Shown: positions 27,761-37,288 of the stretch, one piece after another
How positions within the stretch are numbered: the first letter of the stretch is position 1
How the letters are laid out: each line of letters begins with the position of its first letter
Notes under the pieces: model-generated
Databases searched by the model: none
Told to the model about the DNA's origin: nothing
The model's input: only the letters and a program-made list of their open reading frames with translations
Translations under genes and position numbers: made by a program
DNA from: an uncultured Clostridia bacterium
GTDB lineage: Bacteria > Bacillota > Clostridia > Christensenellales > UBA3700
Direction: 5' to 3'
DNA length: 44,977 bases
NCBI GenBank assembly: GCA_947174325.1
Contig: CAMWIL010000004.1
Location: 1-44,977, forward strand

Positions 27761-28825
27761 TTATATATTTTTGATGATAAGATCGGTCATTTCTCTTGTG
27801 CCGAGAACTTCGTGTCCTTCTTCTCTCAAATCTGCCGTTCTTGCTCCGCTGTTGAGCGTAGTCTCAACCGCCTTTTCTATAGCGTCGCCTTCTTCCATAA
27901 GGTTGAAAGCATATTTGAGCATCATAGCTGCGGAAAGGATAGTCGCTATCGGATTGGCAATGTTCTTGCCCGCGATAGTAGGCGCAGAGCCGTGAATAGG
28001 CTCGTATAGACCTCTTGTCGTTTCGTTTATCGAAGCAGACGGGAGAATACCGATACTGCCTACGCATTGCGACGCAAGATCGGAGAGAATATCGCCGAAT
28101 AGATTGCCCGTTACGACAACGTCAAACTGCGACGGTTCTCTGACTAATTGCATAGCCATATTATCCACGAGCACGTCTTCAAGGAGCACGTCGGGATAGT
28201 CTTCGTGTATCTCGTGTACTACTTTTCTCCATACGCCCGAAGTTTTGAGTACGTTGGCTTTGTCTACCGAAGACACTTTTCCGCGTCTTTTCTGCGCAAG
28301 TTCAAAAGCCGTGCGGCAGATCCTTTCGATTTCCAGTTCGCCGTAAGCCATTACGTCATAGCCTTCGCGACCCATTTTGCCGTCTCTTACGCCCTTTTCG
28401 CCAAAGTATATTCCGCCGATAAGTTCTCTCACTACCATAATGTCAATATTTTTCGGATTTTTAAGAGGGCATACGTTTGACAGCGCCTCAAACATTTTAG
28501 CAGGGCGGAGATTGGCGTAGAGTTGCATTGCTTTTCGCACTCCGAGAAGCGCTCTTTCGGGGCGCGATTCATAGGGGAGTCCGTCATATTGAGGACCGCC
28601 TACCGCTCCGAGTAAAACGCTGTCGCTTGCAAGACAGACGTCAAGACTTTCCTTGGGAAGAGGTTCACCGTACTTATCGTAGGCGCAACCGCCGCATACG
28701 CTTTCGGTAAAATTGAATTTGTGATTGTATCTTTCCCCGATTTTCGTAAGTACGTTCATCGCGGAAGCCGTAACTTCTGGACCTATGCCGTCGCCTTTGA
28801 TTACGGCAATATTAAAAGTGCTCAT
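27761..28825 (-). CDS. leuB: 3-isopropylmalate dehydrogenase
   Basis: GDGIGPEV, ANLRP, DKANVL, NLFGDILSD, EPIHGSAP. Confidence 0.95.
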   Translation of the reverse strand: MSTFNIAVIKGDGIGPEVTASAMNVLTKIGERYNHKFNFTESVCGGCAYDKYGEPLPKESLDVCLASDSVLLGAVGGPQYDGLPYESRPERALLGVRKAMQLYANLRPAKMFEALSNVCPLKNPKNIDIMVVRELIGGIYFGEKGVRDGKMGREGYDVMAYGELEIERICRTAFELAQKRRGKVSSVDKANVLKTSGVWRKVVHEIHEDYPDVLLEDVLVDNMAMQLVREPSQFDVVVTGNLFGDILSDLASQCVGSIGILPSASINETTRGLYEPIHGSAPTIAGKNIANPIATILSAAMMLKYAFNLMEEGDAIEKAVETTLNSGARTADLREEGHEVLGTREMTDLIIKNI

Positions 28826-28840
28826 ATATTTATTCTCCTG

Positions 28841-29329
28841 TTAAATCTTGTTGGCTTTGATTGCGTTGATAAGACCGCCGCATTCGATTATGTTTTGAAT
28901 AAACTTGGGGAAGGGCTGAGCTTGATAAGTCTTTCCCGTAGTTTCGTTTGTTATCAAGCCGGTGTCTACATTGACGCTTACTACGTCGTTTGCGCTTATT
29001 CCGTCTACCGCTTGCGGACATTCAAGAATATACAAACCGATATTAAGCGCATTGCGGTAAAAAATTCTGGCAAAAGATTTTGCTATAACGATAGAAACTC
29101 CGCAACCTTTGATAGCGATCGGAGCGTGTTCTCTTGACGAACCGCAACCAAAGTTTTTTCCGGCTACCATTATGTCGCCTTTTTGCACTTGCGTATAGAA
29201 TTCGGGATTTGTGTATTCCATACAGTGTTTTGCCAATTCTTTTTCGTCGAAGGTCGACAGATAAGTTGCAGGTACGATAACGTCCGTGTCTATATCGTCG
29301 CCGAATTTATATACTTTTCCTTTTATCAT
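28841..29329 (-). CDS. leuD: 3-isopropylmalate dehydratase small subunit
   Basis: [26 protein letters not shown]; start at ATG 29329. Confidence 0.93.
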   Translation of the reverse strand: MIKGKVYKFGDDIDTDVIVPATYLSTFDEKELAKHCMEYTNPEFYTQVQKGDIMVAGKNFGCGSSREHAPIAIKGCGVSIVIAKSFARIFYRNALNIGLYILECPQAVDGISANDVVSVNVDTGLITNETTGKTYQAQPFPKFIQNIIECGGLINAIKANKI

Positions 29330-29331
29330 GA

Positions 29332-30615
29332 TTACACCTCCAATTTGCTTTCGCAAGTGAGTTTGCCGGCGATTGCGCTAGCCATTGCGGTAGCAGGGGA
29401 AGCAAGATAGATATAACTGTCTTTTGCGCCCATTCTGCCGATAAAATTACGGTTGGTCGTGGTTACGGCAACTTCTCCGCTTGCAAGTATTCCCATATGA
29501 CCGCCCAAACAAGGTCCGCAAGTCGGGGTAGATACTACCGCGCCGCCCTCGATGAACGTCTTGATATAACCCTTTTCCATTGCTTCGAGATAGATCTTGT
29601 TGGTCGCAGGAATGATTATCGTGCGTACGTTTGGATTTACTTTTCTGCCTTTAAGCACCTTAGCTGCTGCGGCAAGGTCGGAAATTCTTCCGTTGGTACA
29701 CGAACCGATAATTACCTGATCAATAGCAATTTCTTCTTTTACGTCTTCGACAAACTTGGTGTTTGACGGCAGATGGGGGAACGCTACTGTCGGCTTGATT
29801 GCGCTAAGATCTATATCGATAACTTGCTCGTAAGCGTCGTCTTCGCCTGCGCTCATAGTGTCAAACGCCTTTCCGCAAGAGTTTTTCACGTATTCCATAG
29901 TGATTTCATCTACGGGGAATACGCCGTTCTTTGCGCCGCATTCGATAGCCATATTACAGATCGTAAATCTGTCGTCCATTGTCATATATTTGACGCCTTC
30001 GCCTGCGAATTCGATCGATTTATAAAGCGCGCCGTCCACGCCGATAAGTCCTATGATATAGAGTATCACGTCCTTGCCCGATATGTATTTGCTCGGTTTT
30101 CCGATCAGGTTGAACTTTATTGCGGAAGGGACTTTGAGCCATACCTTGCCCGATAGCATAATGCCTGCGATATCCGTGCTTCCAACGCCGGTCGAGAATG
30201 CGCCCAACGCTCCGTAAGTACAGGTATGCGAGTCCGCGCCGATAACTATCGAATAAGGCTTTGCTATTCCTTTCTCAGGGAGCAAAGCGTGTTCGATACC
30301 CATTTCGCCTACGTCAAAGAAGTTTTTGACTCCTTCTTTTCTTGCAAAAGCGCGCACGCACTTGCACAATTCCGCCGACTTAATGTCGCGGTTAGGCGTG
30401 AAGTGGTCGAGGACGAACGTAACTTTGTCCGCGTCGTAAAGCTTGCCGCCGCTTTTGTTGAAAACGTCGATCGCTACCGGCGCCGTTACGTCATTGGACA
30501 ATGCGGTATCGACTTCTACGAGAGTAAGCGTACCTGCCGAAAGGGAAGTCGCCGCCTCTTCGTACGTCATACCGAGTTTTTTAGCCAGAATTTGTTGAGT
30601 CATCGTCAATTTCAT
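29332..30615 (-). CDS. leuC: 3-isopropylmalate dehydratase large subunit (short type)
   Basis: [31 protein letters not shown]; start at ATG 30615 after ggaggt. Confidence 0.92.
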   Translation of the reverse strand: MKLTMTQQILAKKLGMTYEEAATSLSAGTLTLVEVDTALSNDVTAPVAIDVFNKSGGKLYDADKVTFVLDHFTPNRDIKSAELCKCVRAFARKEGVKNFFDVGEMGIEHALLPEKGIAKPYSIVIGADSHTCTYGALGAFSTGVGSTDIAGIMLSGKVWLKVPSAIKFNLIGKPSKYISGKDVILYIIGLIGVDGALYKSIEFAGEGVKYMTMDDRFTICNMAIECGAKNGVFPVDEITMEYVKNSCGKAFDTMSAGEDDAYEQVIDIDLSAIKPTVAFPHLPSNTKFVEDVKEEIAIDQVIIGSCTNGRISDLAAAAKVLKGRKVNPNVRTIIIPATNKIYLEAMEKGYIKTFIEGGAVVSTPTCGPCLGGHMGILASGEVAVTTTNRNFIGRMGAKDSYIYLASPATAMASAIAGKLTCESKLEV

Positions 30616-30707
30616 AGCCAAACCTCCTATATATAAAAAATGAATTTACCAATTTATTTACCCGACCTTTTCAAAGAAAAGTTTTATAAACGTCTTAATT
30701 TATCGGG

Positions 30708-32435
30708 TCAGTTCTTGAACGTGGCTTTCCTCTTCTTTACCACTACAAGAATTACGACAGTAGCCGCGATAGCCACTACCACAGCGGGAAGAGTGATAGC
30801 CAAAGCAAGTTGCCATGACGTAAGACCGTTTGGTTGAACGTTTTCAGTCTTGACGTAAGCAATCTTGTCATTGTAGATTATTTGAGTCCATTCGCTGTTT
30901 TTATCGTATTTGTTTTTTAGATAGATTTGCGAGCCTTCGCTTACTTCGTCTACGACAACGCTGTCTTCTTGCGGAAGCGCGTAGATTTTAATGTATTCTC
31001 CCAATTTTTGCGAGGATAGTTTTGCGGTCTTAGACAAATCAGGCGCGGTCAAACTTGTGTAAGGAGAAACGTTGAGATACTTGACGTAGCCGTATACCAA
31101 CTCTCCGCTGTCTTTATTTATACATCCGACTTTGTACCAACCCCATTCAAAAGATCCGTCCTGTCCGACGTTATCTATTACGACGAGTTGATCGTAGATC
31201 GACGCGTAGCGCAGTACGCTGTTTACGCTGTCGTCTAATGGATATTTATATATCGGCGTATCAGGATGAAGCGCTTGCGCGTAAAGCCCTATCGAAAGAT
31301 TGCTTTGCGTAGGGCAGAGCGCTATGCTTGCTTGTTTTTTGACGTAGCCGAACACTGCTTTTGAGAGCGTTGTGTCGTAAAAATACGTATAGTAAAAATC
31401 TCCGCTTTCGCTAAGTATCAAGACGTATTCGTTTGACGGCAGTACCGCCAAGGTCTGCAAATGTCTAGGAGAAGAATACAACGTCACGCTGTCCGTAGTC
31501 TTGTAGACGGATATGCTGTCATACTCGCTGGGATGAGTATATTTCGTCTTGTCGAAAGAACTGTAATAGTTTAGCGCTCCGTCATATTCGTATACGTTGA
31601 TAGCGTAAATGTCCGACTTGATATACACGAAATGCTTTGAGTTTACGCTGTCGTACGTAGCGTATATAACGCTGTCCGCGCCTACGCCGTTTTCCAATAA
31701 TTTATCGAATTCCTTGCTTTGCGTATTGTAAGCGTACGCGCCGTTTTCGTCAATGCAAATAAGTTTTCCGTCAGATACAGTCAAGTCCTTGAAGTTTCTA
31801 TCATAAGTGACTTGGTATTCGTCCAGAGACGTTTCGTCGTACATTATATTTTTTGTTATGGCGTACAAATCGCCTTCTATCAAAGCATAGAGCGTTGCGT
31901 TGGCGGTTTCTTTAATCAAAGCAAATTCTTGAGTATTAGCAAACAAGCCTTTTTTTGAAGAATACGGCATTTCAACATTGTAATTTTCGGTTTCGAAGTT
32001 TATTACGTCGTACTCATTGATCGCGTACAGATTACCATTGTCGTCGTTGTAGAGCGAGATAAGCCCTTGAAGATTTACGTTAGAGTAATTAATTTTATTT
32101 ATGCCGCTCGACGAGTAGGAATAGACAAACATCATCGTAGAATTGCCTTTCTTTGCGAGCAGAACGACGTGCGTGGAATTCATTGCGATGGAAACGAATT
32201 TGTCAAAGTCTTGACTCTCATCGTATGATAAAACTTTGTTGTCTTTTGCTACGTAAACCGTCTTGCCGTTTGTATAGGCAAAGTCCTCGTTGTATGCCGT
32301 CAGCAAGGAGTCTCCGTCCAAAGAGACGATGACGTCAATGTTTTCCGCCATGGCTGTCATAGGTATTTGAGATGAAAATATCGCCATACAGACACAGCAA
32401 AGTATAAGCGCGCATGCAAACAAAATTCTTTTCAT
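30708..32435 (-). CDS. Secreted, C-terminally membrane-anchored protein with SH3-like modules
   Basis: Signal peptide ending AMA; WYKV..GYVK and WTQI.Y...AYVK SH3b-like motifs; C-terminal TM then KKRK. Confidence 0.7.
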   Translation of the reverse strand: MKRILFACALILCCVCMAIFSSQIPMTAMAENIDVIVSLDGDSLLTAYNEDFAYTNGKTVYVAKDNKVLSYDESQDFDKFVSIAMNSTHVVLLAKKGNSTMMFVYSYSSSGINKINYSNVNLQGLISLYNDDNGNLYAINEYDVINFETENYNVEMPYSSKKGLFANTQEFALIKETANATLYALIEGDLYAITKNIMYDETSLDEYQVTYDRNFKDLTVSDGKLICIDENGAYAYNTQSKEFDKLLENGVGADSVIYATYDSVNSKHFVYIKSDIYAINVYEYDGALNYYSSFDKTKYTHPSEYDSISVYKTTDSVTLYSSPRHLQTLAVLPSNEYVLILSESGDFYYTYFYDTTLSKAVFGYVKKQASIALCPTQSNLSIGLYAQALHPDTPIYKYPLDDSVNSVLRYASIYDQLVVIDNVGQDGSFEWGWYKVGCINKDSGELVYGYVKYLNVSPYTSLTAPDLSKTAKLSSQKLGEYIKIYALPQEDSVVVDEVSEGSQIYLKNKYDKNSEWTQIIYNDKIAYVKTENVQPNGLTSWQLALAITLPAVVVAIAATVVILVVVKKRKATFKN

Positions 32436-32511
32436 ATAAAGTATTATATCATACAAAAATAAAAAATTAAAGTAAATTTATAATATGCGCGCGGAATTAT
32501 ATTAATATAGA

Positions 32512-32540
32512 TTGAAAATAAATAAAAATTGTGCTAAAAT
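32512..32540 (+). promoter_or_regulatory. Sigma-A promoter
   Basis: TTGAAA-17 bp-TAAAAT with extended -10 TG. Confidence 0.6.
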
Positions 32541-32570
32541 AATCTTGCAATACAATATATTGGGAAGATA

Positions 32571-33542
32571 ATGTCAAAAAATAAGTTTTACAATAAAAAT
32601 AAGAATAAGAACAAAACGCTTTCTCCCGAACAAGCCGTGCAGGCGGCAATAGACGCGGGATCTAATGCAAAGAGGGAAGACTTGTTAAGACCCGTCGAGG
32701 ATTTGAAACTGGACGAGAATATAATCGGTTTTCTTAAAGCAGGCAGGATAAATATCCTTGCCGAGCTTGCTTGTCGCAATTTCCAACAGATGTATAAAAT
32801 ACAGAATATAGGAAGAAAACAGTGCATAGCGATATCCAACGCTATGTCCAGATACGGCGTAAAATTTGCAAAGGACGCTGCGCAAGGCGAACAACAACGC
32901 GTCTTTGATAACAAAACTGACAAACATAACAATAAAGAACAAAATAGAGAAAAAGTCCACGCCGGCGCAGATAAGAGAAATCATAATTTCAATACCGCGG
33001 ACGATACGCATAGCAAGAAGAACAAGAATAAAAACGAAAACGCAAATCTAAATCAGTATCTTTCAAAACTCTACAACGGAATGTCAATGTCCGAAATTCT
33101 TATGGGCAGGAGAGAACGTCCCGCAGTGGAAAGGATAGACAGAGAACCGTTGACGGAAAAAAGTCTTATCAAGTTTTGCCGTAAAGGGAAGTGGGGATAC
33201 AAGGATTGGAAAGGAAACGTTATCGTTCCCCCTCAATATGAAGAAGCGTTTGGCTTTTTTGAGGAGCGCGGTTGCGTAGAAAAGGACGGAAAACTCGGCT
33301 ATATAGATAGGAAAAACAATCTTGTAATAGACTTCAAATACGATTGCGCAAATTCTTTCAGCGAAGGTTTGGCTTCCGTTACGATAGGCGAGAAGAGCGG
33401 ATATATCGATCTTGACGGCAATCAAGTCGTAGATTTCATATACGATATAGCGACGCCGTTTTCCGGTGGAAAGGCTATCGTAAGACTTGAAGACCGTTGG
33501 GGAGTGCTCAGCAGAGATACGTTGGACGTATTTTGGAGATAA
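32571..33542 (+). CDS. RNA polymerase alphaCTD-like domain fused to WG repeats
   Basis: VEDLKL....GFLK...IN.LAEL......MYKIQNIGRK aligns by eye to RpoA CTD; C-terminal GKWGY/GYID/FSEG WG repeats. Confidence 0.75.
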   Translation: MSKNKFYNKNKNKNKTLSPEQAVQAAIDAGSNAKREDLLRPVEDLKLDENIIGFLKAGRINILAELACRNFQQMYKIQNIGRKQCIAISNAMSRYGVKFAKDAAQGEQQRVFDNKTDKHNNKEQNREKVHAGADKRNHNFNTADDTHSKKNKNKNENANLNQYLSKLYNGMSMSEILMGRRERPAVERIDREPLTEKSLIKFCRKGKWGYKDWKGNVIVPPQYEEAFGFFEERGCVEKDGKLGYIDRKNNLVIDFKYDCANSFSEGLASVTIGEKSGYIDLDGNQVVDFIYDIATPFSGGKAIVRLEDRWGVLSRDTLDVFWR

Positions 33543-33569
33543 AATTACTTTTTCGGAGGTAAACGTTTT

Positions 33570-33944
33570 ATGCAAAAACAAAGATTACTTGAAAATGCTT
33601 TGCTCGTTATGAATAATGCTCACGCGCCATATTCGGGATATAAAATTGGTTGCGCGGTAATGGGCGAAAGCGGTAAGATCTACGTCGGTTGTAATATCGA
33701 AAACGTAAGTTACGGCGCTACTATCTGCGCGGAACAAGTAGCTATGGGTACGGCGATTGCAGGCAGCGAACACGGCTTTATGGCAATGGCAATAGTCGGT
33801 TCGGGCGAGAGTATGCCATATCCGTGCGGTATCGTAAGACAGTTTATAAAAGAGTTCTGCAACGATTTGGTGATCTACGTTTCCAACTGCAAAGGCGAAG
33901 TCGTAGAAACCAACATAAAAGAACTTTATCCACTCCAGTTTTAG
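33570..33944 (+). CDS. cdd: Cytidine deaminase (tetrameric type) with variant zinc motif
   Basis: APYS, GCNIENVSYG.TICAE, PCGIVRQ in place of PCGxCRQ. Confidence 0.85.
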   Translation: MQKQRLLENALLVMNNAHAPYSGYKIGCAVMGESGKIYVGCNIENVSYGATICAEQVAMGTAIAGSEHGFMAMAIVGSGESMPYPCGIVRQFIKEFCNDLVIYVSNCKGEVVETNIKELYPLQF

Positions 33945-33948
33945 GGGT

Positions 33949-34110
33949 GTTCGGCGGAAAGGCAGGCTACACAGAATTAAAAAGCGACTTTTCCGCCGAC
34001 TAACCGTTTGGCTCACGCTCATCGTACGGACGTACGACTCGGTTCGCCAAACGGTCATTCAACAAAAAATTCATCTTTTTACTTACTGTATATCTGTCTT
34101 ACCGCCGAAC
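33949..34110. repeat. Long imperfect hairpin with cgtac/gtacg apex
   Basis: gttcggcgg/ccgccgaac outer arms, accgtttggc/gccaaacggt inner arms, tcgtacg-ga-cgtacga apex. Confidence 0.75.
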
Positions 34111-34274
34111 GGGTTTGGTCGCATATTCTACTGTGACCGCCAACAGAGCAATTAAAAATTTTATTGATTTTTCTTATACTGCCTTGACAAAAAATTCGCT
34201 ATTTTACTAATTGCAAATTTTCCTTACCGCCGAACGGGTTTGGTCGCATATTCTACTGTGACCGCCAACAGAGC
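34098..34274. repeat. Perfect 52-bp direct repeat x2
   Basis: cttaccgccgaacgggtttggtcgcatattctactgtgaccgccaacagagc at 34098-34149 and 34223-34274. Confidence 0.92.
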
Positions 34275-34395
34275 GTAACAATTTTTTATTTGTCATTTCG
34301 AGCGAAGTGTAAGCGTAGTCAAGCAATCTCAAATAATGAGAATGCAGAACGAGGGCAAGCGATTTCGCCTGCATTTTTCGTATCAAAGGAATTTG

Positions 34396-34611
34396 TTATT
34401 TCATTTCGGGGAAATCTCTTCCAATAAGTTCATCAACACTAATACCGTAATAATCGGCGAGTTGTACGCAAAAGTCAATGTTAGGAAGTCCTTTTCCTGC
34501 TTCCCACCAACTAATCATTTGTTGATTCAATCCTGTTTCTCTTGCTAATTTGCTTTGAGATAAACCTCTGATTTCGCGTTGATATTTAAGCGCTTCACTA
34601 TAATTCAACAT
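34396..34611 (-). CDS. XRE helix-turn-helix regulator (paralog of 275-484)
   Basis: NY.EALK.QR...LSQ..LA...WE...P...LADYY.IS.DELIGRD; start at ATG 34611 after gaggtg. Confidence 0.9.
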   Translation of the reverse strand: MLNYSEALKYQREIRGLSQSKLARETGLNQQMISWWEAGKGLPNIDFCVQLADYYGISVDELIGRDFPEMK

Positions 34612-34636
34612 TTGTAACACCTCTGTATTGTTATGA

Positions 34637-34688
34637 TACAGAAAAATATGTAAAATTACTTGCGTTACAGAAATTTATGTGATATATT
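34637..34688. promoter_or_regulatory. Putative XRE operators and SLOG promoter
   Basis: tacagaaaaatatgtaa and ttacagaaatttatgtga (TACA-N8-TGT); second lies in the spacer of TTGCGT-17-TATATT. Confidence 0.55.
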
Positions 34689-34722
34689 GAATTTGAAAAT
34701 AAATCTATATTAATGAGATAAA

Positions 34723-35265
34723 ATGATTATGAAAGTTGCATTTATAGGACAAATAAATTCTCTTGATAAAGAGCAAGTTAAATCAGTGTTTGAGATAGTT
34801 AAGGCTAGAATAGAAAAGTTGATAACGGAAGACGGTGCAGACGAATTTATTTTCGGTTCGTCTAGTACGTTTTCTGATTTGTGTTATATTGCTGTAACAG
34901 AATTAAAAGAAAAGTATCCTGATATTCAGCGATATTATATTAGTATGTTCAGTAAACTGGGCAAGAAGTATAAAAAGCAATTAAGCGAATCATTTGAAAG
35001 GTGTCAATATCCGGCGACTAATAGGGAAATGGGGCGTTTGCCACATATAAAGGTTGATCAGTTGATAATAGATGCGTGCGATTTAATTGTTACTTATTAC
35101 GATAAAGACGAAGTTCAGTATTATAAGTATTATGAAGAAACTCAAATTACTTTATATAACAATAACACCCCGCCTATGAGCAAAACGAAAATTGCCTTAA
35201 ACTATGCTTTCAAAAATGATAAAGAGTTTATCAATTTATTTAGCGGAGAGAACTTAAACGCTTAA
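34723..35265 (+). CDS. SLOG-superfamily YspA/DUF1273-like protein (paralog of 877-1413)
   Basis: KVAFIG, IEKLITEDGADEF, LKEKYP, NNTPP.SKTKIAL.YAFK.DK.FINLFSGEN shared with the first copy. Confidence 0.7.
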   Translation: MIMKVAFIGQINSLDKEQVKSVFEIVKARIEKLITEDGADEFIFGSSSTFSDLCYIAVTELKEKYPDIQRYYISMFSKLGKKYKKQLSESFERCQYPATNREMGRLPHIKVDQLIIDACDLIVTYYDKDEVQYYKYYEETQITLYNNNTPPMSKTKIALNYAFKNDKEFINLFSGENLNA

Positions 35266-35309
35266 TTCATTGAGATTTTTTAATACGCTCAAGGTGGCAA
35301 GTAGCGCGC

Positions 35310-35431
35310 AAAGAAGTTTTAGCGGTTATTTGCTCATAGTTTTTGGTTTAGCTAATTGGCGATATACTTTTGCTGTCGCTAAAAAATATGGCTAAAATAA
35401 TTGCTAAACTTCTTTGAAAGCGTTCACACTA
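35310..35431. repeat. Dispersed repeat family A, copy 3 (inverted)
   Basis: Reverse complement matches 71-191 over about 120 bp. Confidence 0.85.
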
Positions 35432-35514
35432 AAAATTAAAAAGATATTAAATGCTTTTACAATTAACGCACTTCCAAGCTAATGGTAAGGTAAGCAAATT
35501 AAGCCATTAAAATG

Positions 35515-35540
35515 CCCCTCGTAATGCGAATTACGAGGGG
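35515..35540. terminator. Hairpin downstream of purF
   Basis: cccctcgtaat-gcga-attacgagggg. Confidence 0.6.
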
Positions 35541-35599
35541 AGTATTCATTATATTGATTTTGCAAAAAAGACGTTGTCTTACTTTATTCTCTTTTGCGA

Positions 35600-37006
35600 T
35601 TAGTCGAGTATATTTTTGTCGTCGTGTTCTCCGGGAACTTTGCAAGGGTATTTGCCTGTGAAGCAGCCTTTGCAGAATTTAACCGTTGAGTCGGGCGCGA
35701 TTTTGTCGATAGTTTCCATATCAAGGAAGGCGAGCGAATCAGCGCCTATCTTTATTCTCAATTCTTCCATCGTATAGTTGTTGCAGGCAAGATCCTTTCT
35801 GGACGGTATATCCGTGCCAAAGAAACATGGATAGATAAACGGAGGAGAAGAGATTCTTACGTGCACTTCTTTTGCTCCCGATCTTTTGAGAAGTTTGATT
35901 ATATTGGCAAGTGTCGTGCCTCTTACGATAGAGTCGTCTACCATTACTATTCTTTTGCCTTCGACGTTGCTTTTGAGAGTATTGAGTTTGAGCGCAACGC
36001 TCTTTTCTCTCATCGCTTGGGTAGGCTGGATAAACGTTCTGCCGATATATCTGTTTTTGATAAGACCTACGCCGTATGGAATTCCGCTTTCGTGAGCGTA
36101 GCCTATTGCCGCGGGAAGTCCGCTGTCAGGTACGCCTATTACTACGTCTGCGTCAACGGGAGCTTTTTTAGCAAGCATTTTACCTGCGTTCATTCTCGCT
36201 TCGTTTACGCTTTGACCGTCGATCACGCTGTCGGGTCTTGCAGTATAAATGTGTTCGAATATGCAAAGTCCGCTTCTCGACGAGCAGTATTTTTTATTGG
36301 ATATAGTTTCGTTTTCGTTTACGATAACGATTTCGCCGGGGAGAACGTCCCTTTCAAACGTAGCGCCGATCGTCTCGAATGCGCAGCTTTCGCTTGCGAA
36401 AATAACGTTGTCTTGAAGTTTGCCGATACAAAGCGGACGGATACCGAATCTGTCTCTTACGGCAATGAGTTTTCTCGGACTCATAATGAGCAAAGAGAAT
36501 GCGCCTTGAAGCATAGGGAAGACTTTTTCCACAGCTTCTTCGATACTCTTTGATTTAAGTCTTTGATTGGCGATAAGATAAGATACTACTTCGCTGTCGC
36601 TTGTCGTGTGGAATATCGCGCCTCTGGCTTCGAGTTTTTCTCTCAATTCTTTGGCGTTGGTAATGTTTCCGTTGTGAGATACCGTGAGGTTGCCCTTAGC
36701 GTATTTTACGCTGATAGGCTGAGCATTTTCCGGCGTATTGTTTCCTGTCGTGGAATATCTCACGTGTCCGATTGCGAGTTCGCCCTGCAAGTGAGCCAAA
36801 TTGTTATCATTAAAAACTTCGCTTACCAAACCGAGGTTTTTGACAAGAGTGATCTCTCTGTCGCGGTTTACGGCGATACCTGCCGCTTCCTGTCCGCGGT
36901 GTTGGAGCGCAAAAAGTCCGAAGTAAACTTGATTTGCTATGTTGCCGATATTTGATTTGTCATATATACCGAAGATTCCGCACTCTTCTTTTATATTATC
37001 CGACAT
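35600..37006 (-). CDS. purF: Amidophosphoribosyltransferase (propeptide, 4Fe-4S type)
   Basis: EE/CGIFG, LQHRGQE, GHVRYST, VDDSIVRGTT, C..CFTG. Confidence 0.97.
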   Translation of the reverse strand: MSDNIKEECGIFGIYDKSNIGNIANQVYFGLFALQHRGQEAAGIAVNRDREITLVKNLGLVSEVFNDNNLAHLQGELAIGHVRYSTTGNNTPENAQPISVKYAKGNLTVSHNGNITNAKELREKLEARGAIFHTTSDSEVVSYLIANQRLKSKSIEEAVEKVFPMLQGAFSLLIMSPRKLIAVRDRFGIRPLCIGKLQDNVIFASESCAFETIGATFERDVLPGEIVIVNENETISNKKYCSSRSGLCIFEHIYTARPDSVIDGQSVNEARMNAGKMLAKKAPVDADVVIGVPDSGLPAAIGYAHESGIPYGVGLIKNRYIGRTFIQPTQAMREKSVALKLNTLKSNVEGKRIVMVDDSIVRGTTLANIIKLLKRSGAKEVHVRISSPPFIYPCFFGTDIPSRKDLACNNYTMEELRIKIGADSLAFLDMETIDKIAPDSTVKFCKGCFTGKYPCKVPGEHDDKNILD

Positions 37007-37211
37007 ATTGTACCTACCTTTTTTGATTTATTTTGAAATCAATTTTATTATATCAAAATATATCTTCTTAATCAAACATATTAGTGCAATAAAATAAATT
37101 TTTCGCTACTAAATTTAACCAATTTAACAGCAAAACAGATTGGTCGTAATAATAAAATCTCACGATTGCTCTTATATCATTATATTGATATATTAATTAT
37201 AAAATAATATA

Positions 37212-37251
37212 GACAAAGGCGCATGATCTTTTGATCACGCGCCCTTGTGTC
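37212..37251. terminator. Long hairpin between glnA and purF
   Basis: gacaaaggcgc-atgatc-tttt-gatcac-gcgcccttgtgtc. Confidence 0.6.
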
Positions 37252-37288
37252 AATAACGTACTACCTTTTATATTGTGAAACTTGCTGA

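Noticed and set aside
30622-30707. T-box or attenuator for leuCDB
   Set aside because: Region is too short and lacks the T-box consensus.
27678-30837. Plus-strand ORFs over leuBDC
   Set aside because: Antisense shadows of well-supported minus-strand genes.
34098-34274. 52-bp repeats as a CRISPR array
   Set aside because: Only two copies, a 73-bp spacer, repeat longer than usual, and no cas genes.
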